Virus record (IMG/VR): IMGVR_UViG_3300032334_001937
Coordinates: 1-64,000 of that record
Source: a virus
Length of the DNA: 64,000 nt
Reading direction: 5' to 3' (one strand)
Below the pieces are notes generated by a model, which was not told the origin of the DNA, did not search any database, and saw only the letters and a list, made by a program, of their open reading frames with translations. Positions 17,580 to 25,237 of this stretch are shown in pieces; the stretch's first letter is position 1, and every line of letters starts with the position of its first letter. A program made the translations under genes and the position numbers.

Positions 17580-17933
17580 TCAGTATCTATAAATTCCGAC
17601 TTCAACATTTTTGAGTTCGGCTGATGCAACTAACTTTGAGACTGTTTCTTTTGGCTTACTTAAAAATGCCAAATAGTTTACATACTCTAAATTTTCTTCA
17701 ATATAAGATGCGGGTACCTTAAAGAACTTAATCTTTTTACCTCTAGCCTTCATACCTCTCTCAGAAAGGTTTGAAAACTCTGACACCATTGAATTGATCC
17801 TTGCTGGACCTGCAGAATAGATTAAAAGTTCTTTATCTTCGTCTTGCATTGCAGACATTGCAACACCCATTGCACGAAGAAAGACCTGATAATCATCAAA
17901 ATCTTTCGTTCCCTGCACTGCTACTATCATCAT
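17580..17933 (-). CDS. SLOG / DUF2493-like protein
   Basis: IVAVQGTKDFDDY N-terminal motif. Confidence 0.55.
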   Translation of the reverse strand: MMIVAVQGTKDFDDYQVFLRAMGVAMSAMQDEDKELLIYSAGPARINSMVSEFSNLSERGMKARGKKIKFFKVPASYIEENLEYVNYLAFLSKPKETVSKLVASAELKNVEVGIYRY

Positions 17934-18315
17934 TACTTCCATTCTTCAGGTTATCCAATATGAATAACATCTTATCAATATCTTTTTTTGACATATTGGT
18001 TGCATCTACTGGCTCTGTGCTATCTATATCAACACCACCACTAGAAGCATCAGCACAATAAAATATATTGTTGCTAACCCAGTATGCTTTACCTTCTATG
18101 AATATAACCTTGATTGTATTTTCCTCAATATGGTTTAAAGATTGAGACTGTTGTCTTGGCTTCTCATATAAAGTTTTTGGAAGAAAATCTTTTATCATTA
18201 AATGTATGCTGCTTTGAGTATATGCAATACCACTAAATGTTTTTCTTTTTCTTCCTTTATAAATTATATATGAGGATAGACACAATGTCAAGCCCACGGC
18301 CAATATATAATTCAT
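17896..18315 (-). CDS. Hypothetical membrane-anchored protein
   Basis: N-terminal TM followed by basic residues. Confidence 0.7.
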   Translation of the reverse strand: MNYILAVGLTLCLSSYIIYKGRKRKTFSGIAYTQSSIHLMIKDFLPKTLYEKPRQQSQSLNHIEENTIKVIFIEGKAYWVSNNIFYCADASSGGVDIDSTEPVDATNMSKKDIDKMLFILDNLKNGSNDDSSSAGNERF

Positions 18316-18332
18316 GTCTGTCCTAATTATTA

Positions 18333-18869
18333 TTACTTATAAAATGGACTTAAATCAAGGACAGATCCGCCCCAGATTGTGTGATGCTGTGATTTTCCAA
18401 TTGAATTATCATATGCATCTGTATTTGGCTTTGTTGCTTCAAACTCTGCATCTTTTCCATCACCAACATTTTTTGGTGAGCATGCAGGACAGTCTGGACA
18501 ATCACAGTTAAGTGCCTTACATGTTTCGCATCCACAGTCTTTATATCCTTCAGATGTTACTTCTTGTTCTTGAGGAGTACCGCCAGGGATTTCTCCAACC
18601 ATCTGTTTAATAACTGATGCTAATTCTTTAATTTGATCTGCTGCTGTCATTGCCATTCCTCCCGTATTCATTCCTGAATGTGAATCCCCTATGCCACTTC
18701 TGCGTCTTCCATAACGGATAACATCTTCTTTTGTGGCATCTGGTACATTAGCGTACAAAGCTCTTACTTGAGCTGCTGCTTTACCTTTTGTAGGATGTGT
18801 GCCAACAGTCTTACCCTTGTCATCAACAACGGAATACTGTGAGCCTGATCTTTCAATATGGTATGGCAT
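18333..18869 (-). CDS. Hypothetical phage protein with Cys-rich segment
   Basis: MPYHI...VGTHPTK..A..QVRALYAN module; CGCETCKALNCDCPDCPAC. Confidence 0.7.
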   Translation of the reverse strand: MPYHIERSGSQYSVVDDKGKTVGTHPTKGKAAAQVRALYANVPDATKEDVIRYGRRRSGIGDSHSGMNTGGMAMTAADQIKELASVIKQMVGEIPGGTPQEQEVTSEGYKDCGCETCKALNCDCPDCPACSPKNVGDGKDAEFEATKPNTDAYDNSIGKSQHHTIWGGSVLDLSPFYK

Positions 18870-18902
18870 TTTTCTCCTAGCTTATACTATGATTATAGCA
18901 GA

Positions 18903-19229
18903 TTACTTAACTAAAAGTCTCTTAATCTCAAGCAAGGATATCTGATGCTCAATTGGTAGATTTTGAACCTCAATATCATCAAAAGCTTTTTCAGTGAGTT
19001 TAACAAGTGGATCTTCATCAAGAAAGTCTACACTCAAAAAGCCTTTTTCCCATAAACCCATAATGTCACGATTGACCTCATTAAGGTGCTCACGATATAA
19101 ATCTGGCATTATTTCTTTAATAATTGGATTAAATTGATACAAAGCTTGCCCAGTTTTTGAATCAATACCAGCGATCTCAATAGCACCACTAAGAATTAAA
19201 GCCTCAATAGTTTCATCAATCGGATCCAT
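18903..19229 (-). CDS. Hypothetical protein
   Basis: 108-aa coupled ORF. Confidence 0.7.
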   Translation of the reverse strand: MDPIDETIEALILSGAIEIAGIDSKTGQALYQFNPIIKEIMPDLYREHLNEVNRDIMGLWEKGFLSVDFLDEDPLVKLTEKAFDDIEVQNLPIEHQISLLEIKRLLVK

Positions 19230-19473
19230 GAATAAATTCCTCTAGCTGTTCTCTAGTCTTTGCTCCATTAATTCTACGAACTTCTTGTCCATCTTCAATC
19301 AAGATAAAAGTTGGGATTGCCTTTATTTCAAACTTTCTACAAAGGTCTCCATTATCATCAGCATCAACAAACTGAATCTTGATAACTCCATCTCTGTCTA
19401 AATCTTCTGCAATTGGACGAACACGCTTGCATGGATTACACCATTCAGCAGTAAAGTAGAGTATATGTCTCAT
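19216..19473 (-). CDS. trxA: Thioredoxin
   Basis: FTAEWCNPC, cis-Pro IPTF, RINGA. Confidence 0.9.
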   Translation of the reverse strand: MRHILYFTAEWCNPCKRVRPIAEDLDRDGVIKIQFVDADDNGDLCRKFEIKAIPTFILIEDGQEVRRINGAKTREQLEEFIHGSD

Positions 19474-20108
19474 TTTACTGGGTTAACAACAATCTTGGTT
19501 GCTTTACAACCTTTTAGATTTGCTTCTAATGCTGCTTTTTCCTTAGAGTCAATAGTCAAAGACCAACGAACTTTAATAGAAATCCAGTTAGCAATATACT
19601 CACATGTATATGCTTTATTGGTTGGCATCCATTCTGCTGGATCTTGATCTGATTTAGATCTATTTGATCCCCCAGTAACTGCGATAAGGTGACGTGGATC
19701 TGTCTGATCATTAGCATACATTTCTTTTTTTGCTGCATCCCATGCAGATGCTCCAGAGTCCCAGGCTTCAGCAAGCGGGACCATATGATCTACATCTAAC
19801 TTTCCTGCTTCTGTAACCTTAACATTGTCATAGATGGATAGCCATTCTCCACCCTTAATGACACATCCTTTTTCAACAACTGGCTTAACAATTGCCTCAG
19901 AAATAATGACTGCCTTGCGAGAATCGCAACCATTCCCTGCTCCAGTCCAATGCTTAAAGAGTGTACGCTTGTATCCTGCACGTACTTCGTCTGCTACCTT
20001 CAATGAAGCAAGTGCAGTTTTTTGATCTTTATATGATACATCTGCAGCTTGTGCAGGAATCATTCCAACTGTTAGAGCTAATACTGTTAATGATAAAATC
20101 TTCTTCAT
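19470..20108 (-). CDS. Secreted HNH-type nuclease (DUF1524 / GmrSD C-terminal-like)
   Basis: Signal peptide ending AQA; DVDHMVPLAEAWDSGA, SNRSKSDQDPAEWMP. Confidence 0.85.
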   Translation of the reverse strand: MKKILSLTVLALTVGMIPAQAADVSYKDQKTALASLKVADEVRAGYKRTLFKHWTGAGNGCDSRKAVIISEAIVKPVVEKGCVIKGGEWLSIYDNVKVTEAGKLDVDHMVPLAEAWDSGASAWDAAKKEMYANDQTDPRHLIAVTGGSNRSKSDQDPAEWMPTNKAYTCEYIANWISIKVRWSLTIDSKEKAALEANLKGCKATKIVVNPVK

Positions 20109-20257
20109 TAATTTGCTTCTTTCTTTATGATAGTTGGCTTATTGTGATTAGCATAATAAGGTCCAAGATCTGCTTTAATACGACCATCTTTTCTTAGCTT
20201 AACAATTCTGCCGTCTTTAATTTGTGTAGCATTAAACGGATGCTTACTATTTCCCAT
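20108..20257 (-). CDS. Small basic protein (49 aa)
   Basis: Coupled on both sides; FNATQIKDGRIVKLRKDGRIKA. Confidence 0.6.
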   Translation of the reverse strand: MGNSKHPFNATQIKDGRIVKLRKDGRIKADLGPYYANHNKPTIIKKEAN

Positions 20258-20478
20258 TATTTTAACCTTGCTCTCTCGTCAATAATTTCAACCATAAACT
20301 TCATAATCTTGTCGTACCCAACTGCATTATCTACAACGGAATTGTAGTGATGAGAACAAAAAAGAAGTTCTCCAGAATGCCCAATTACTTTTACGTATGC
20401 CTGAGCAGCACATCTATCACAACGATCTGTTGCATCTAAAAGCCAAACCTGCTCTTCTTGTTCAATCATTGTATTCAT
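20257..20478 (-). CDS. Actinobacterial-type small Zn-binding protein
   Basis: LDATDRCDRCAAQAYV...ELLFCSHH. Confidence 0.75.
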   Translation of the reverse strand: MNTMIEQEEQVWLLDATDRCDRCAAQAYVKVIGHSGELLFCSHHYNSVVDNAVGYDKIMKFMVEIIDERARLK

Positions 20479-20547
20479 ATTGTACTACAACTTTCTCTAT
20501 AGTCTTTCATATATAAATTATACATCAAGATGAACTATTTGTCCAAT

Positions 20548-21324
20548 TTAAAGCATATGTTTTATTATTTCAAGTGCTTTTATGCTATCTGGATCCCCAA
20601 AAATAGGACTGATTAAAACATCGGTAATTCCTTTATTTTTTAGTTCAATAATTTTCTTTACTACTGAATCTCTTGTTCCGTATATAGCATTTTTTATTTG
20701 TCTTGTTCCTTCAAATTGTTGCATGAAATAATCTGCTTCTTCTTGACTATCTCTAACAACAACTTGAATACTAACCATTTTTCTTTTAAAACTACTTAAA
20801 TCATTTCTTTCAAAATCATCATACATACATAAGCTTATGTCAGTATATTTTTTTACATGCTTTATTATCTCAGGGTTTCCAGTACCTACTAGCAGTTCTG
20901 GCCTACCAGAATTTATAGGTATCTTGTCAAAATCTTCTAAAAATTTAGATACATAATCAAGTCTGCCATCAATTGTTGTAATTTCAGAATCAACATCAAA
21001 GTGTTTGTCTGGGACAGGTTCATGCTCACCAATTTGACCAGAAACAATGTTTAAGCTTAAGCGGTTTGGAGATATCTCATTAAATGAACGGACCATCATG
21101 GCACACATTGTTGGACTTATCATATAAGGTCTTAATGCAATTAAATATTTGAGTTTTTCGTTAGGATTAATTGCATGAGCAACCTTGATCCAGTTATCTG
21201 AATCATTTGCATTAACTACCAAGAGTAAAGATTTATAGCCTAAATCTTCAAGCTTTGTAGACATGTTTTTGATTTCTTGAATTGATAATGGTTTTTCTCT
21301 ATGCATCCAATGAAAATTTAACAA
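20548..21324 (-). CDS. Luciferase-like flavin monooxygenase (LLM, SsuD-like)
   Basis: LKYLIALRP..ISP, ISPNRLSLNIVSG, GTRDSV...L...GIT. Confidence 0.8.
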   Translation of the reverse strand: MLNFHWMHREKPLSIQEIKNMSTKLEDLGYKSLLLVVNANDSDNWIKVAHAINPNEKLKYLIALRPYMISPTMCAMMVRSFNEISPNRLSLNIVSGQIGEHEPVPDKHFDVDSEITTIDGRLDYVSKFLEDFDKIPINSGRPELLVGTGNPEIIKHVKKYTDISLCMYDDFERNDLSSFKRKMVSIQVVVRDSQEEADYFMQQFEGTRQIKNAIYGTRDSVVKKIIELKNKGITDVLISPIFGDPDSIKALEIIKHML

Positions 21325-21326
21325 CT

Positions 21327-21503
21327 TTACTTTTTTCTATTATCAGTGGAATAAAACCCATTACCTTGAAAGATCACACCTGGCGATTGCCATTGCCGTT
21401 GCATTGTTTTATTACAGCACACAGGCTCAGTACTGTCACCAAAATCTCTTTTATATTCAACAGAACTAGAGCACTGTGTGCATTTGTAATCGTATACTGG
21501 CAT
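21327..21503 (-). CDS. FmdB-family zinc-ribbon protein (58 aa)
   Basis: MPVYDYKCTQC...CC...MQR...VIFQGNGFYSTD; not in the ORF track. Confidence 0.85.
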   Translation of the reverse strand: MPVYDYKCTQCSSSVEYKRDFGDSTEPVCCNKTMQRQWQSPGVIFQGNGFYSTDNRKK

Positions 21504-21607
21504 TACTTCTTCTTTGCTTTTACTGTCCAGATTGGTGCATGTAGATTATCTCCGCCCCATTCATAACCTAAAACTTTAACCACAAATCTAATAATTTTAA
21601 TACGCAT
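21503..21607 (-). CDS. Small hypothetical protein (34 aa)
   Basis: TAATG-coupled on both sides. Confidence 0.55.
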   Translation of the reverse strand: MRIKIIRFVVKVLGYEWGGDNLHAPIWTVKAKKK

Positions 21608-21807
21608 TACTTAACTCCTTTCCCAAATTTTGCCCAAAGTCTTTCATGAATAAAATATCCAAGGGCTTCAATTCCAATATACAGGAGTGCTCCTAAACTG
21701 GCATACTCCCATTCTCCAGTGAATAAATAAATAATTCCAGCAAGAATTACTAGATGGAATGTTTCCCAGGTAATAGTTTTAATTGATGACTTCTTGGTTG
21801 ATTCCAT
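21607..21807 (-). CDS. DUF2061-like small membrane protein
   Basis: MES..KS.IKTITW...YFIHERLW. Confidence 0.8.
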   Translation of the reverse strand: MESTKKSSIKTITWETFHLVILAGIIYLFTGEWEYASLGALLYIGIEALGYFIHERLWAKFGKGVK

Positions 21808-22601
21808 TACTTAGCCTTCAATGCCTTTAGTGTTGCTTGATCAACAATACCTGTAACTAGAAGTCCAGCTTTCTTTTGAAATTCTTGAACAGCCTTTGCA
21901 GTACCTGGACCAAAGGCGCCATCTGCTTTAATTCCAAGAAGTCTCTGAATAGTCTTTACGCCAGTTCCTTTTGAACCATTCTTAAGTGGTTTAAATGCTG
22001 CTGGTGCTGCTTTCTTAGCAGGTGCTGATGGTAATGATGCCTTAGCTGGTGCATCAGAAGATCCGACCTTAGACAACAAAGGAAGATTTTCTTCACCTGC
22101 ATATACTGGACGACCCCAACCAACAATTGCATTCATAAGCTTTAGCTTATTATCCTTAACGTATGCACGAGTTTTTTCTACGCACATTCCGCCATTTCGC
22201 TGATCTCCCTTTGCAGTTCCTGAAGTATTTCCTTCAATAACTTGGATAGTTCCGTTTCCGTTATTCTTAATACAAATGCCAACATGTGAAATACGATTTA
22301 CGCCATCATCTGGAAAATCAAAATAAATCCAGTCTCCTGGAGTTGGATCATCATTACGAGCATCTGCCCAGCGATCCTTCTTCTTAAACCAATCAGACGC
22401 TGCTACTGTTGCTGCTGTTTTTGGAAAATCTTTTACTCCTGCTGTGTATGCACACCAAGAAACAAATGACTGACACCATGGTAGAAAGTTTGCACCTGTC
22501 CACTTGCCATATTTTGTTTCATTATCTTTTGGACCTTCAATAGTCCCAATTTCTGCTTTAGCAACCTCAATAATTGCTTCTAGTGAACCTTTAACCGCCA
22601 C
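21807..22601 (-). CDS. Endolysin: CHAP amidase plus peptidoglycan-binding domain
   Basis: PWCQSFVSW, PTPGDWIYF, HVGI, IEGNT; C-terminal ADGAFGPGT..AV..FQ...GL.VTGIVD. Confidence 0.9.
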   Translation of the reverse strand: MAVKGSLEAIIEVAKAEIGTIEGPKDNETKYGKWTGANFLPWCQSFVSWCAYTAGVKDFPKTAATVAASDWFKKKDRWADARNDDPTPGDWIYFDFPDDGVNRISHVGICIKNNGNGTIQVIEGNTSGTAKGDQRNGGMCVEKTRAYVKDNKLKLMNAIVGWGRPVYAGEENLPLLSKVGSSDAPAKASLPSAPAKKAAPAAFKPLKNGSKGTGVKTIQRLLGIKADGAFGPGTAKAVQEFQKKAGLLVTGIVDQATLKALKAK

Positions 22602-22643
22602 TTAAAACCTCCTAAAGTTTTGTATTACAAGTATACCAAAGAA

Positions 22644-22688
22644 TGAGCCTTTTTGCAACTTGCTCAGGTTGTCCCAGGTAGCGTCCTG
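22644..22688 (-). ncRNA. Candidate H-type pseudoknot plus hairpin 3' of hsp20
   Basis: - strand CAGG-ACGCTA-CCTG hairpin, then CAAC-CTGAGCAA-GTTG with loop TGAGC complementary to downstream GCTCA after an A-rich linker. Confidence 0.5.
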
Positions 22689-22692
22689 AAAT

Positions 22693-23112
22693 TTATTTGA
22701 TCTTAATTACTTTTGGCTTTTTTTCTTCAGGGACAATACGATCTACATTAACATGTAGCATACCATCCTTAAGCTCTGCACCAGTTACCTCCATATATTC
22801 ACCAAGAGCAAATGTTCGGGTAAACTTACGACCAGCAATTCCCTTGTGAACAATTTCAGCATCTGTTACCTCAGTAATTTCACCCTTAATGACAAGAGTT
22901 CCATTATCTACTGAAACATCAATATCATTCTTTCCAAATCCTGCTACCGCAATAGAAATGCGATATGTATCTTCATCTAGTTTAAGAAGATCATATGGAG
23001 GATAGGATTGTGAATTTACTTTATGTGCATTGTTAAGACGACCCAACTCTCTGTTGAATCCAATAAAAAATGGATCATTGAATAGATCCATAGCAAAGTT
23101 TGTTGCCATCAT
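22693..23112 (-). CDS. hsp20: Small heat-shock protein Hsp20 (IbpA-like)
   Basis: SYPPYDL, AVAGF, HKGIAGRKFTRTF, AELKDGML; real start ATG 23112/23109 after AAGGGG. Confidence 0.93.
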   Translation of the reverse strand: MMATNFAMDLFNDPFFIGFNRELGRLNNAHKVNSQSYPPYDLLKLDEDTYRISIAVAGFGKNDIDVSVDNGTLVIKGEITEVTDAEIVHKGIAGRKFTRTFALGEYMEVTGAELKDGMLHVNVDRIVPEEKKPKVIKIK

Positions 23113-23177
23113 TTTTATTCCCCTTTCAAGCGAATAAGATAGTGCACCCCCATTTGGCAAGTGCACTACCTATTATA
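23113..23177 (-). promoter_or_regulatory. hsp20 promoter and ROSE-like RNA thermometer 5'UTR
   Basis: TATAAT -10; hairpin AGTGCAC...GTGCACT; second hairpin TTATTCGCT-TGAA-AGGGGAATAA pairs a UCGCU motif with the SD. Confidence 0.65.
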
Positions 23178-23183
23178 CACTAT

Positions 23184-23945
23184 TTATGCTTTATTCGCTA
23201 CATACAAGGCAGAAAACATTGGTGCAGCAACTGATGTTCCAGTTACAGTTGTTTTAACATTCTTGTAGTTATTTACAATAACATCACCACGAAAAGTAAC
23301 ATCCATTCCTGGTCCAGAGTTTGTATAGGTTGCAAGCGGACCAGAAGGCTTTGTTGCACCAACCCCAATAACATCTGTTACGCAGGATGGAAAACCAACC
23401 ATATTATTTTTTCCATCATTACCTGTTGCTACGTGAACTGGAATTCCCTGTGCTTTAAGTGATTGAACTGCTGCAGAAAAAACTAAATTTGTTGGACATG
23501 TGCCAGCAGTAAAGTTAATTCTTGACTGACTAATTGATACTGCATCAACACTATACTTTGATGCATTTTCAGATACCCACTTAATAGCCTTATCAAGCGC
23601 ATCTCCACTATTTAAAAATGATGTTGGGAATACATCGCTGATTCTTACAAAAATAATCTTTACATTTGGAGCTACAAGTTTAGCTGCTTGTGTAATATTA
23701 TATCCGTGATCAATATTTGAAATACTCCAGTTTGGAACATTTGCAGTTCCAGCTCCTTCTGCAAAAGATTTTCCATTTGCACAAGATTGATTTGATGTAA
23801 AGCATGCTTCATAGATAACTCCAGGAATCTTACTTGAATCAATTGCAGAGTCAATGATTACCAAAACCTTTTCATCTGCTGCATTTACAGGACTAACTAC
23901 AGTAAAACCTAGTGCTAGTACTACTCCAATAATTAACTTCTTCAT
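23184..23945 (-). CDS. Secreted subtilase (peptidase S8)
   Basis: Signal peptide; IIDSAID (Asp), DHG (His), ATGND (oxyanion Asn), GTSVAAP (Ser). Confidence 0.85.
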   Translation of the reverse strand: MKKLIIGVVLALGFTVVSPVNAADEKVLVIIDSAIDSSKIPGVIYEACFTSNQSCANGKSFAEGAGTANVPNWSISNIDHGYNITQAAKLVAPNVKIIFVRISDVFPTSFLNSGDALDKAIKWVSENASKYSVDAVSISQSRINFTAGTCPTNLVFSAAVQSLKAQGIPVHVATGNDGKNNMVGFPSCVTDVIGVGATKPSGPLATYTNSGPGMDVTFRGDVIVNNYKNVKTTVTGTSVAAPMFSALYVANKA

Positions 23946-23947
23946 TA

Positions 23948-24130
23948 TTACTCCATTACCTTAATTACTACTTGACATGGGTCGCCACCTTGGTCCCACT
24001 CTTCCATCTCTTCTTCACTCATATAGGGATCGCCCTCATGAGTATTACAGAACGGTTCAGTTACCCATCCCCGTTCAATTCCGTTTTCTAGCCATATACG
24101 AAACTCTAAATGGTTTTCTTCTGTTATCAT
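23948..24130 (-). CDS. Conserved small protein
   Basis: WLENGIERGW...CNTHEG...GGDPC. Confidence 0.7.
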   Translation of the reverse strand: MITEENHLEFRIWLENGIERGWVTEPFCNTHEGDPYMSEEEMEEWDQGGDPCQVVIKVME

Positions 24131-24145
24131 GTTTTAAGTATACTC

Positions 24146-24676
24146 CTAAACACTAACTACGTCAACTGGACCCATGCAAGATGGGCTAAATTTAATTGCT
24201 GCATTTACTGCTCCCACTACACGCTTTCTTGCATCCCTTGCTTTTTCTGTGGCATTCATATATCCATAAGCATACTCTGCCCCTGAACCCATGGCAAGAT
24301 AAGGAAGTGTGTATTTAGACAAAGACATGTCTGCAGAACTATGCTCATAAATATTTCCACGTACAGCAATAATTAAACCAAGGTCACCTTCTTTTGAAGT
24401 ATCTACCCAAAAATCATTATAGAATGCACGAAGTTGTTTAATAAACTTGGTTTGCATAAACTTGTCTGTATCTTTAATATCAGGTACGTAGGGGTTAAAG
24501 TTATAGCGAATGCGTTCACCATCCATAGATCCAGCATAGCCAATTAGATAAGGTCCTAGTTTCCAAACCTTTGGACTAGATAGTGCTAGAATAGTACCAT
24601 CGTCTGATGCACCACGATCTCCAGCCATGTAGATCTTATTGTTTATTTCATCACGAACTACTGCAATACAAGTCAT
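24146..24676 (-). CDS. Ntn-hydrolase, HslV / proteasome beta-like peptidase
   Basis: Thr2 nucleophile (MTCIAV), MAGD, KVW, IGYAGS, AMGSGA. Confidence 0.8.
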   Translation of the reverse strand: MTCIAVVRDEINNKIYMAGDRGASDDGTILALSSPKVWKLGPYLIGYAGSMDGERIRYNFNPYVPDIKDTDKFMQTKFIKQLRAFYNDFWVDTSKEGDLGLIIAVRGNIYEHSSADMSLSKYTLPYLAMGSGAEYAYGYMNATEKARDARKRVVGAVNAAIKFSPSCMGPVDVVSV

Positions 24677-24706
24677 GCAGAAACCCCTCCCAAAGCGATA
24701 TATTTA

Positions 24707-24735
24707 AGTATATCATCCCTAGAAGGGGCTGTCAA
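24707..24735 (-). promoter_or_regulatory. Sigma70-type promoter
   Basis: TTGACA-17bp-TATACT on the - strand. Confidence 0.7.
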
Positions 24736-24755
24736 ACAGGGTCAAATATGCTTAA

Positions 24756-25055
24756 TTAAGCTGTCTTTGATCTTGCTCTACGTTTTTCAACTGCTTCATC
24801 TTGTACAGTTACTGCATTTTTATCTGTGGTAGAAAATGCTGCGTTAATCTCATCTCTTGTGAGTTTGCCGTCATCCATAAATGCACGAGCCAACTTTTCA
24901 ACTACAACTGCTACTGCACTAAGTCCAGCAACTGTCATAGCCTTTGCTACTGAAATTCCTGCGATTGCACCAGCACCGATTACTGCTAGTGCATTTGCTG
25001 CAAATACCGCAACAATACGCATAAGAATATTCCAAATATTTAATACACCGTTCAT
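24756..25055 (-). CDS. Membrane protein (2 TM, DDGKLT motif), holin-like
   Basis: Hydrophobic N-terminal half; GAGGAG SD. Confidence 0.65.
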   Translation of the reverse strand: MNGVLNIWNILMRIVAVFAANALAVIGAGAIAGISVAKAMTVAGLSAVAVVVEKLARAFMDDGKLTRDEINAAFSTTDKNAVTVQDEAVEKRRARSKTA

Positions 25056-25057
25056 GT

Positions 25058-25237
25058 TTACTCCTCTCTATTTCTAATTGGACTTGTTAAAATCCAAATT
25101 ATTGTTGTTGCAAAAATTCCATAGCCAACAACAACCTTTGCACTGCCATCAAGTACAACCCAGGCAATAAACATTCCAAGGAGAGTCCATGCCTGATCAA
25201 GTAGATCATTGATTATATTTTTTATTAGTCTTACCAT
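25058..25237 (-). CDS. Small membrane protein (59 aa)
   Basis: AGGAGG SD; DQAWTLLGMFIAWVVLDGSAK...; not in the ORF track. Confidence 0.7.
   Translation of the reverse strand: MVRLIKNIINDLLDQAWTLLGMFIAWVVLDGSAKVVVGYGIFATTIIWILTSPIRNREE

Noticed and set aside
23113-23166. N-terminal extension of Hsp20 called in the ORF track
   Set aside because: This stretch is better explained as a structured 5'UTR; the SD lies just before ATG 23112.
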